Positions 41,799 to 64,000 of a DNA stretch of 64,000 nt are shown here, in pieces. Each line of letters starts with the position of its first letter. The first letter of the stretch is position 1. Made by a program: the position numbers and the translations under genes. The DNA lies in assembly GCF_009914755.1 (NCBI RefSeq), contig NC_060941.1. One strand, given 5' to 3'. The notes beneath the pieces are model-generated. The model was not told where the DNA came from and made no database searches. It was given only the letters and a program-made list of their open reading frames with translations. Source of the stretch: the human T2T-CHM13v2.0 reference genome, Homo sapiens.

Positions 41799-42768
41799 GC
41801 TAATACAGCCAATATACTGTTGTATTTGCAGTTTCTAGTCTGGATAAATATATGTGTGTAGAGCAACTTCACCCAAAAACCAAGCCATCAAATGGCTCTA
41901 CTAAGCCAGGAGACATATTCTGTTATTTACTTGTATTCATGCCTACCTAAAACCAGTCTACGCATGTAAGTAAAAAGAGCATTTCTTAATAGTTTCTCGC
42001 ATTCGTTCATTAATTAGTTCAGCAGTTAATAGTCTACCTTTCTGGCCAGCTTATGCCTGTAATCCCAGCACATTGGGAGAGGGAGGCAGGGGGATCACTT
42101 GAGGCCAGGAGTTTAAGACCAGCCTGGGCAACAAAGCAAGACCCCGGGTTTTTTTCTTTCTTTCTTTCTTTCTTTTTTTTTTTTTTTGAGATGGAATCTC
42201 ACTCTGTTGCCCAGGCTGGAGTACAGTGGCACAATCTCGGCTCGCCACAACTTCTGCCTCCCAGGCTCAAGTGATTCTCCTGCCTCAGCTTAGCAGGTAG
42301 CTGGGATTACAGTCGCGTGCCACTATCGCCCAGCTAATTTTTGTATTTTTAGTAGAGATGGGGTTTCACCATGTTGGCCAGGCAGGTCTTGAACTCCTAA
42401 CCTCAAGTGATCCACCCGCTTTGGCCTCCCAAAGTGCTAGGATTACAGACATGAGCCACAGTGCCTGGCCAAGACCCCATTTCTTTAAAAAAAAAATTAT
42501 TTTAATTAGCTGGGTGTGGGGGTGAACACCTATCGTCCTAGCTACTCAGGAAGTTGAGGTAGGAAGACTACTTGAGCCCAGGAGTTTAAGGCTGCAGTGA
42601 GCTATGATTGTCCCACTGCACTCCAGCCTGTGTTACAGAGCGAAACCCTGTCTCTTAAAAAAAAAAGCCTTTCCAGCCAGGCGCGGTGGCTCACGCCTGT
42701 AATCCCAGCACTTTGGGAGGCCAAGACGGGCGGATCACGAGGTCAGAAGATCGAGACCATCCTGGCTA

Positions 42769-43023
<255 letters not shown>

Positions 43024-43189
43024 CTATGGTATGCCCAGTGTCAGGTGTAATACCAAACATACTAACTTTAAGTCCAATCTTTTCTTTAATATTCAGGAAT
43101 ATGCAAGTGATTGAAACCGATTTTGTTAAAAGAATAAAATCTTTCATTAAATCCTTCATTCCTATGATAGGAAATAGGGCCTCTTCAGA

Positions 43190-43405
43190 GTAAAACAGCT
43201 AGGTTTGAATGTCTAGTACAATATTACTAGCTGTGTGATATTTGGCAAATTTCTTAACTTTTAAACCTCAGTCATTCAACTGTAAATGGGAGTGATAATA
43301 ATAGTACCCATCTCATAAGACTGTTTTGAGGATTAATGAAATTACTTGTACAGTTTTCAGCTCAGTACCTAGTAAATGCAAGGTATTCAATAAATGATTG
43401 CTGCT
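43190..43405 (+). mobile_element. MIR
   Basis: TTACTAGCTGTGTGATATTTGGCAAATT..CTGTAAATGGGAGTGATAATAATAGTACC..GAGGATTAATGA. Confidence 0.75.
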
Positions 43406-43721
43406 ATTATAATTAGCAATATCACTACGCTTACTCTGATTTATTTTTGAAATGTAATAATTTTCAATTTATATGCTTTAGCTGGTCTTAACAAATTAGG
43501 AACATTTCCCACAATTGATTTCAGTACAGTGTTATAGAATAATTGAAAACCACTGATCATTTCATTTCCAACAATGATGACTAGGCAATTTGGACCAACT
43601 CTCCCATAAAAGTTTCTTAAAAGAGTGGATAAATTTATTATTATTATTATTATTTTTTTTTTTTTGAGACAGAGTCTCACTCTGTCTTGAGTGGCTGTCA
43701 CAGGCTGCCTCATGCCTGTGA

Positions 43722-44099
<378 letters not shown>

Positions 44100-44267
44100 T
44101 AAGACCAAGATCTAAGTTATACAGAAAACCCAAAGAAGAGAGACTGGCCAAGGATAGGCCCTGATAAACCTGCAGGCTTTGAATTTGAACTCTAAAGGGC
44201 CACACTTTAAAAGATGTGATGAACTAGATATAAATCAACTTTCACCGGTACTGAAGCTCAAGTTTAA

Positions 44268-44495
<228 letters not shown>

Positions 44496-45080
44496 TGACC
44501 TCAAGTGATCAGCCCCCCTCAGCCTCCCAAAGTGCTGCGATTACAGGCATGAGCTACCATGCCCTGCCTCAAGTTAAAATAATCTTATTATCTTCTTAGA
44601 ACTGTGAGTGGCCCAGCCCGTCTACCCACTAGAAGCAAACTAGTCTGGAGGAAAGTAAAATCATCCTAGGTTTTACATGATCTCTACTTAACTTACTGTT
44701 GTATTCCAACTGTCTAGAACAGAGCCTAGTACTCAATAGGTGCTCAACAAATATATGTTGAATATATTAATGTAAAATAGAATCTTTGCAAAGCCTATGA
44801 GAGATAAAATAATTCGACTTCTTTTATTGGCAAAACAGTCTGTTCCTAACATCTGAGTCTTATTTGTGACAGTTGATGAAAAATGACCTAATCTATATAT
44901 AGCTTTTTCTTAATTTGCATAACAGTTTTATATTAAATATTAGTAAATCGTTTTATTTCTCCAGCAAATAAGTGCATGTACTTCTTGCTGTGTAAACATT
45001 TTATTATGCTCTTTGCATTCAATTTACTTAAATTTAGACAAAAAATAGGCACAATGAATAATTTTTTTTTTTTTTTTTGA

Positions 45081-45377
<297 letters not shown>

Positions 45378-45477
45378 TAAAATAATTTTATTCAACATAT
45401 GCTAATATGCTTGTCTCTGGTTTATCTTTATAGTGAGGTATATTGTACTTTGAAATAAAGAATATTAAATAAATTAG

Positions 45478-45898
<421 letters not shown>

Positions 45899-46395
45899 TA
45901 GCCAGGATGGTCTTGATCTCCTGACCTCGTGATCGGCCAGGTAGCACCTTTTAAGCACTCTTTTATTGCATATTAATTCCCCAAAATCCATTGACAGATT
46001 TATTTTAGTCTTAGCAAGCATTCAGGTTACCTTTTAGAAGATCCAGTACATGAGCGATCAGGAATGCTTATTTATTCTCTCATGTAGCGGAAATTATATC
46101 CAGAGTAAGAATAGTAAGTCAATGTTTGCATAAAGAGAACATAGCTGCTGTTGACCTCTTTGGTTCATCTCTATGCAGCCAGTTTTTGTGAGTCAAAATT
46201 TCTATCTTAATAATGGTCTAGACCGGGCTCGGTGGCTCATGCCTGTGATCCCAGCACTTTGGGAGGCTGCGGTGGGTGGATCACCTGAGGTCAGGAGTTT
46301 GAGACCAGCCTGGCCAACATGGTGAAACCCTGTCTCTGCTAAAAATACAAAAATTAGCTGGGCATGGTGGGGGGGGGCGCCTGTAATCCCAGCTA

Positions 46396-46509
<114 letters not shown>

Positions 46510-46883
46510 TCAAAAAAAAAAAAAAAAAAAAAAAAAGTCTAACCTAGGGCTACAGAGCATACCTTCTCTTTTTCATTTTCTTTTATCTTCGTTTCTTTTT
46601 TGAGACAGGGTTTCTCTCTGTTGCCAGGCTGGAGTACAGTGGCATGAATATGGCCCGCTGTAGCCTCAGCCTCCTGGGCTCAAGAGATCTTCCCACCTCA
46701 GCCTCCCAGGTAGCTGGGACTACAGGTGTGCACCACTACACCAGCTGGGTTTTTTTTAGGGGTAGAAACGGGGTCTCTCCATGTTGCCCAGGCTGGTCTC
46801 AAACTCCTCGGTTCAAGAGATCCTCTCGCCTCAGCCTCCTAAAGTGCCGGGATTACAGGCATGAGCCACTGTATCCGGCCTCA

Positions 46884-47092
46884 CTTTTTCTGTAAAGGAT
46901 CAGATCCGTAGCTATTTACACATCGTGGGCTATCCAGTCTCTGTGCAACTACTCAGATCTGTCACTGTAACGAGAAAGCAATTATAGACAGTACATAAAT
47001 GAGTGAATGCGGCCGTTTTCTGGTAAAACTTTATTCATAAAAACAGGTAGCAGGCTGGATTTGGTCTGCAGTTTGTAGTTTGTTAACCCCTG
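46884..47092 (+). mobile_element. MER58-like hAT MITE
   Basis: CTTTTTCTGTAAAGG..GTCTCTGTGCAACTACTCA..AAAACTTTATT..GGCTGGATTTGG..TAGTTTG..ACCCCTG. Confidence 0.7.
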
Positions 47093-47756
47093 CTCCAACT
47101 CATTGAATGACAGTAGTACACCGGAAGAGACATAGTGAGCCTGGGAGCCTTAATGAGAGAGCTAGCTGTCTTCTAAGGATTTTTGTATGACATCTGTGTA
47201 TTTGGTTCACCCATTTGCCAAATAAGTACTATCATTTCTCTCTTCTTGATCAAGAAATAACAGGTTTCACATGATGCTTTAGAAAAGAATATAGTTGTGC
47301 ATATATGAGTTGTATAAAAAAAATTAAGAGTAAAAAGAAAAAGCTTTTTTGAAGGGAAAAGCAGAAGAATTTCTTCTAAATGAGCTGTCTGATGACAGAA
47401 AGATTTGGTTCCAGTTTCATGTAACCACTGGTATGTTCAATTCCTCTTAAATACCAGATTTTACAAGATTGCAACCATTTTGAGGAATAAATAACTTATG
47501 GATTAAGTTTAGATGTCATGTGTAGGATGAACAGGTCTAAAGATCTAAGGTACCACTGTTGTAAAATTACAATGGATTAGGGATTTTTGTTAAGTAGATT
47601 TTTAGCTGTTCTTATTTTTAAAAAGTAACTATGTAAGATGATAAACATGTTAATTTGCTTTACTATAGTATAACCATTTTGTTATCTGTATGTATACTAT
47701 AACAACATATTGTAAGCCTCAATTATGCACAATAAAATTTATTTCTAAAAAGCTTA

Positions 47757-56043
<8,287 letters not shown>

Positions 56044-59000
56044 TCATCAAATCTGGGTCTGTTTCTATTGAGCAATATTTCTTTTGGTTATGAGTTATAA
56101 TTTGCTGCTTCGCATATCTAGTAATATTATATTGAGTGCTAGTAATTTTTAATTGAATGCTAGATATGTAGTATTAAATTGTTGATTGTATGGATTTTGT
56201 CTTCCACTATAGAACATTGATGTGGGGGGAGGGTGAAGGGGACAATTAAGTTACCTGTGGATCAGCTTGATCTTTTTAAGACTTGTTTTAAACCCTGTTA
56301 GGGTCAGACTAGAGTAGCTTTCACCTTAGGACCAGAAGGAAAGGTCGTACCTACCCAGGCATGACCTTTCTGGGTTGAATGCTGAGTCTCTCTACTCTAG
56401 CTGGTTGATCACAAATGTTTCCCAGGCCTGTGTGAACTCTGGGAATTGGTCAGTTTACAAATCCCCAGTAATTATTCTTTTCCCAGTAGTTCTTGTAGTT
56501 CTTTGCCTGGACTTGTGGTCTCACCTTAGCATGCAATGCAGCTTTGTGTGCCAGAGTCTGAAGGGGACCCCTGTGCAGATTTCTAGAGTTCCTTCTCTCT
56601 GTGTAGCTTTCTCTTTTCTGGTATACTGCCTCATAAATTCTGACTGCCTCAGCCTTCTTGAATCCTGAACTCGTGAACCCCAATCTCATTCTCAACTCGG
56701 CAGGAGCAACATGCTTTGTTTGGGCTCTTGCTCTTTTGACCATGGAATTTTTGGCAGGCATGGAATGTGTCTACAGACAAGAAGCCAGAGTCAATGTATG
56801 GTTTCTTCATTTTTATCCCTTCTCTTAGTAATCAAAGCCCTGTACTGCCTGTAGTACAATGTCTAAAAAGAATTGTCCCATATATTTTGTCCAGTTTTCT
56901 AATTGTTTGCTATAGAAATGAAAGTCTAGTATCCGTTACTTCATCCGCCGTGAGACAGAAAACCTTCAGCCATAGACCGGGATCCCTAACCCATGCTCCC
57001 ACAAGAGTTGGAACTTGCTGCTCAGTAAATATATAAATTTTATATCCTGTGGCAGGTTTTATCCAGTTAGGCTTTTCAATTAATACTATAGCTGTTTGGG
57101 TCTTTACCCTCTTGTTTCTTTGTTTAGTATGGTTAAAAATGTGACTCATATTTGCTACATTGTAGTGAGACTTGTAGTTTTTAGAAAATATACTTTAAAA
57201 GTAGTTTGAATTATGTGTAACTTTTAAAACTTTTAATCAAAAATTTTTTTATTTGAATTTTTCATATAAACATATTTTTTCATTCAAATCGGTTATATTT
57301 AAAAACCATTAAGCTAAAATGTTGAATAGAACTTGTGAGGTTTCCTATCACTTAATATAGTTTAAACTATGAACAAAGGACAAGAAACTGAGTTGTTAAT
57401 GTTCATTTTGTCTGGGAACCACCACATCTGCCTCAAAGGCTGAGTAATCATGACTTACTAGTGTGGTTATGGAAAATATATGTCAGTTTAGTTGAGTGAA
57501 TGAACAGACTTCTTTAGAAGAAAGAATTCTCAAATCAGAGACTTGAAAAAACATTCTCAAATCAGATTGTTGAAAATTTCCCTTTTCAGAATAACTAAAA
57601 ATGAAAACTATAAAGAACTTTTATTTTATTGGATAATGTGTTTAATCTGTTAGGATACATTTTTTATATTTCTGGAATGCAAATATAGCTTTTTCTTTCC
57701 TATCTATCCCAGAAATCTCATTATTTTAGCTCCCAGAGCAATTTATTTTTGTTCACTTGAAATTCATTTCTAACTTTAGCTGTAGACTACCTGTAGCCAA
57801 AGAGGACAGTAACATGGGGACAGCATGGACAAACTCTTAAATTTTCTTCTTTTTCACTTATTGGCATTCATATGTCTCTTTTGTGTTTTCTAATAGTAAA
57901 GGTGGAAGTTACAGCTGATTTCTTCTTTTTTTTTTAATTATGTCTGATAGCTATAATTGTATGAGGAGAAATGTTTCACAAACTATGCAGTTATTCTGAA
58001 TATCACAAACTTTGGGGTTTTTTTGTAGTATCACAAAATAATTCTTTTTTCCCCCAAGTGTGAAATCTCTTGTGTGCACCTGGCATTTAAAGAAATGATT
58101 GTAGATTTCATGGTTAATCATAAGTTTTCAAAAACCTAAGTAGTCAAAGTATTTTCAAAATCTTATATAATTATTTTAATACTTTAATATTTCTGCATTT
58201 CCAAGAATTAAAAGTCCCCAAAAAGAGGAACAAAGGCTAAAACTTCACATCGATTTTTTTGATCCAGAAAAAACTAATAATTAACTGATTCAGTTCCAAG
58301 GATTTCATTTTTTAGGTATTATTTTAACAGAAAATGCCGATTCTATTTAGAGATAAATATCACATATGTGTGAACAACTTTGTATATTAACATCAAACAA
58401 AATTTTATTATCTTGATAGTAGAATGTCTTAGTTTTATTTTTATCACTAGATTTTATGTACTTTGAACCACAGATTCTTTCATCAAGTGATCTTAAAATA
58501 CTTTCTTATACACAGAGCCCACTTACTTTTCTGTGGGACTGTCTCATTTATGAAAAATCATTGGAGAAATCTTTAATAGAAACCTTCAGATTCAGAAATA
58601 CTTGCACAATATAATTAGTAATAAAATCTCGTGTATATATATGTAAATAATTTTATTCTACAAATAAAGTATTTATCTTCATAATAGCTGATGGCTGCTA
58701 GTTACTGTATGCTAGAGGACATCTATCAACCTATGCTTAAGGGACCCAGGAATTTATATTTTAACCAGCTCCCTAGTATGCAGACACCTCATCTTGTGCT
58801 TTTAGGAACCATTGTGTAAAACTCATTGATACTGGTTTCACAGTTACATTTTTGCTTTATGATCTCACTGGGAAAGGTTACATGAGGTGGTAGATCACCA
58901 GCTGTTTTTAAGTAAGGACGTAAAGTGATATTCTCAAATTGTGCCTAAAAGAACAGTGGCTCAGGAAGTTTTTTTTAATAAAAGGAATTATCTAACAAAT

Positions 59001-59742
59001 GAGAAATATAGATAAATAAAATAAAAGTCAAGCAAGGAATTAGATCAGTGGTTGCCGGGGACTAGGACTTGAGGGAGGGAATTGGCCACAGAGGAACACA
59101 AGGGATTTTTTTTTATAAGGGATGGGGCCTTGTTCCGTTGTCCAGACTGGAGTGCAGTGGCACAATCATAGCCCACTACAGCCTCCAACACCTGGGCTCA
59201 AGCAATGCCTCCTACCTCCTGAGTAGCTGGGACTACAGGCACATGCCACAATGCATGGCTAATTTTTTAAATTTTTGTAGAGATGAGGTCTTGCTTTGTA
59301 GCCCAGGCTGGTCTTGAACTCCTGGCTTCAAGCAGTCATCCTGGCTCAGCCGCCCAAAGTGGTGGGAATACAGGCATGAGCTGCTGTGCCTGGCCAAGGG
59401 ATCATTTTTGCAGTAATGGAAATGTTCTGTATCTTGATTGGTGTGGTTATATGGCTGAATATGTTCGTCAAAGCTAATTGAAATGTAGACCTCAAATAAG
59501 TGACTCATTATGTGTAAATTTTACCTCAATAAATCTGATTTTTTTTTAAGTCAACCAGGAAGAGATTCTGGGAAGGATTATTTTCTTCATATTACTAACT
59601 GCATCTTGAAATTATTTAGAATTATTTTTGTTCTTTGAAAGCTAAGATTTTTCTTACACAGTAATTAATATATTTTTAAAATAATGTGTATTGATAATTT
59701 TTTAATAGTTCTTATCAGAAGTTTCTTGTATTTGTTTTATAG

Positions 59743-59976
<234 letters not shown>

Positions 59977-60177
59977 TGAAATGGAATCTAAACATATTCC
60001 TTGTCAGTAAATGATTCAGTCAGTAACCAGCTACCTACTTCCAAGGCAAAAGAAACCTTTTAGAGCATCTCCTATTCATGAATGGCATTGAGAAGAAAGG
60101 CATGAACCATATGTATCACAAAGCAACTGAGGCCAAGTAGACTCCAGCAGGGCAAGGGAGTACAGATGATGGAACTA

Positions 60178-60617
60178 CAGTTGAGCCTTGAACCATGTGT
60201 GGGTTAGGGGTGCCAACCCCCTGTGCAGTAGGAAATCCACATATAACTTTTGACTCCCCAAAAACTTAACTGCTAATAGCCTACTGTTGAACGGAAGCCT
60301 TAATGATAAATAGTAGATTAACACATATTTTGTATGTGTTAATACAGTATTGTATACCATATTACAAAGAAAATTATAAGGGAAAGGAAATATATTTATT
60401 ATTAATTAAGTGGAAACGGATCATCATTTCCACTCCATTTTCATGTTGAAGAGGCTGAGGCTGAGGAGGAGGCGGAGGGAAAGAAGGGGTTGGTCTTGCT
60501 GTCTTAGGGGTGGCACAGGCAAAGGAGGTGGAGGAGGTAGATGGGGAGCCATGAGAGGCACACCCATTATCACTTGTACTGGCACAGTTCAAATCCATGT
60601 TGTTCAAGGGTCAACTG
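60178..60617. mobile_element. Tigger2-like (TcMar) element
   Basis: TIRs CAGTTGAGCCTTGAAC / GTTCAAGGGTCAACTG, each flanked by a TA target duplication. Confidence 0.85.
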
Positions 60618-61573
60618 TATACTACATTATAAAATTTGTTCTAGTATTTCTATACCTGATAAACTTTTAGAATTTATCTAAGAGTTATATAAAATATATA
60701 TAAATATTAGATTGGTAATATATAGTTATATATAAATATTAGATTGGTAAATGTCATATGTCTTACTTTTTTTAATTTAAAATTTTACTTTTATTTATTT
60801 GGCAAATAAAAATTGTGTGTGTGTATATGTATGTATGCATTTATTTATTTATATATTTATTTACTGAGACAGGGCCTTGCTCTGTTGCCCAGGCTGGAGT
60901 GCAATGGCGCCATCTCGGCTCATTGCAGCTTCAACCTCCTGGGCTCAAGTGATCCTCCCGTATGTCTTACTTTTAGATTAAAATACTGTGCTCTGGCTGG
61001 GCCTGGTGGCCATCCCTGTAATCTCAGCACTTTGGGCGGCCAAGGCAGGCAGATCACTTGAGGCCAGGAGTTCGAGATCAGCCTGGTCAACATGGTGAAA
61101 CCCTGCCTCTACTAAAAATACACAGATTAGCCGGGCGTGGTGGCGCATACCTGTCATCTCAGCTACTGGGGATGCTGAGGCATGAGAATTGCTTGAACCC
61201 AGGAAGTAGGGGTTGCAGTGAACCGAGACCCGCCACCGCTCTCCAGCCTGGGCTACAGAGCGAGACTACATCTCAACAACAACAAGAAAATATTATGTTC
61301 TTAGAGAACTCATTTCATTTTCTGAGTTATTATAATGCTAACTAAAGTAAGGTCAGACATTTCTTAATATAAACCAAGCCTTATTATAGTGAACGTATCA
61401 GGCTGTATGATCGTATATGGCAATTTTACTTTCAGTTGTTCCAGTTATTCTTTTTGTGGTTTGCTTAAGTTTATTTTACAAAATTCTTTGGACAGCATGT
61501 TAAGTGGCAGATGGATTCTAATCCACACAATTTTTTTTGTGTGCCTAAATTTTTTTTTTTGCTTTTTTTTTGA

Positions 61574-61732
<159 letters not shown>

Positions 61733-63054
61733 TAGTAGAGACGGGATTTCTCCATGTTGGGCAGGCTGGTCTCGAACTCCTGACTTCAGGTGATCCACCA
61801 GGCGTGAGCCACCTCACCCAGCCCTGTATGCCTAAATTTATTCAGGCATCCGTAGGAATAATTCATGGGTTAAAGATTTCTTTTACCATTTGAGGTTTTT
61901 TTTTTTTTAACTCATTGGGATTTGTTATGTTCCTGTAATTTTTTCCCACTAACAATTTCTTAGGAAATTAAAGATTATGGAACAGATCACTTACAAATCT
62001 TAACTCATTAAAATGAGCATGAATACCATACCCTCAGGAGAAGCAGAGTTTTGAAACACAGTTAAGTGTTAGCAATTGTGTTCTGCTTTAAAAGAATTAT
62101 AAAGGAAATACCATCATGTTGAATTTGTTGAATATGAAAGACAGGAAAAATTGTCATGTTTCCTGTTGCTCTTTTATAAACACTGGAAACAAATTTATTA
62201 TACTAGTTGCATATGCTTTATAAATTTGATGACATTAGTCTTTTGATGAAAAAAATGTTAGAATAACAGAAGATACTTGGAACATGCTAGAAAAGGGACT
62301 TTGTATGTAAATTTGTCTTTTTTTCTTAATATTATACTTTTGTTCTTCAAAAATTATTTACATTGCTGGATTAACCTTAAGGCCAACAAATGAAAACCAC
62401 TATCTCGGCTGGCTGTGATAACTGCCTCCTCCAAATTTCTGTAGTATATATTGTCTGTAGTGCTTATTAGGCCTGGCTTTACACATGCTTTAAATTAGTT
62501 AATTTGGCTGGTATGGTGGCTTTCTTCCCCAAATAATATTTAGGATCCTAAAAAATATTAAATATACCTTAAAAGTATTAGCATCATAGTAATCAGCATT
62601 AAGTTTTGCACATAGGGCTGGGCATGGTGGCTCACTCCTATAATCCTAGCACTATGGGAGGCCGAGGTAGGTGGATTTGAGACCAGCCTGGCCAACATGG
62701 TGAAACCCCATCTCTACTAAAAATACAAAAAGTTAGCTGGGCATGGTGGCTCACACCTGTATTCTCAGTGACTTGGGAGGCTGAGGTAGGAGAATCACTT
62801 CAACCCGGGAGGCAGAGGTTGCAGTGAGCCAAGATTGCACCTCTGCACTTCAGCCTGTGCAACACAGCGAGACTCCATCTCAAAAAAAAATTAATTAATT
62901 TTTTTGAAAAAGTTTTCCATGTAGTATAGGAATGTCAATAAATACTGATTAATAGGTCAAATGTTTGCTCTTCTTTCCTTCTTTGTAACTGTCTCGTTAT
63001 ATTAAAAATACAGCACACACTAAGTTATGTTTAAATTTGTTAATATTGTTCTCA

Positions 63055-63472
<418 letters not shown>

Positions 63473-63690
63473 ACCGGGCGCGGTGGCTCACGCCTGTAAT
63501 CTCAGCACTTTGGGAGGCCAAGGCAGGCAGAGCATGAGGTCAGAAGTTCAAGACCAGCCTGGCCAAGATAGTGAAATGCTGTCTGTACTAAAAATACAAA
63601 AAAAAAATTAGCTGGGCATGATGACAGGCCCCTGTAGTCCCAGCTACTTGGGAGCCTGAGGCAGGCGGCTCACTTGAGGTCAGGTGTTCA

Positions 63691-63992
<302 letters not shown>

Positions 63993-64000
63993 TCACTCAC

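Noticed and set aside
58301-58321. Recursive splice site (polypyrimidine-AG|GT) in long intron 5
   Set aside because: Regenerated donor GTATTA is weak; such motifs are frequent in T-rich introns.

Overview
Primate (human-like) genomic DNA, AT-rich and very Alu-dense; essentially all ORFs in the supplied track are Alu/L1 artefacts. The window holds the 5' half of VMP1 (TMEM49; ER DedA/VTT-family lipid scramblase needed for autophagy) on the + strand: non-coding exon 1 (~2403-2497), exon 2 with the ATG (26179-26280), exons 3-5 (30098-33706) and exon 6 (59743-59910). The coding exons splice in frame through GT-AG junctions to give residues 1-194 ([10 protein letters not shown]...KVRIEACMW). A CpG-rich bidirectional promoter (~2120-2500) is shared head-to-head with the non-coding first exon of PTRH2 on the - strand. 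The rest is intron filled with Alu, MIR, L2, L1, MaLR LTRs and Tigger/hAT MITEs. I see no evidence of a wholly new gene system. The most unusual signals are a non-Alu ~100-bp inverted duplication (~88% identical arms, 241-nt loop) in intron 1, an ETS-CRE/UPRE composite at the VMP1 start, an out-of-frame uORF overlapping the VMP1 start codon, a circRNA-prone exon 2-5 block with a closed ORF, a 47-bp triplicated minisatellite, and two CTCF-like motifs. Repeat coordinates and subfamily names are by-eye estimates.
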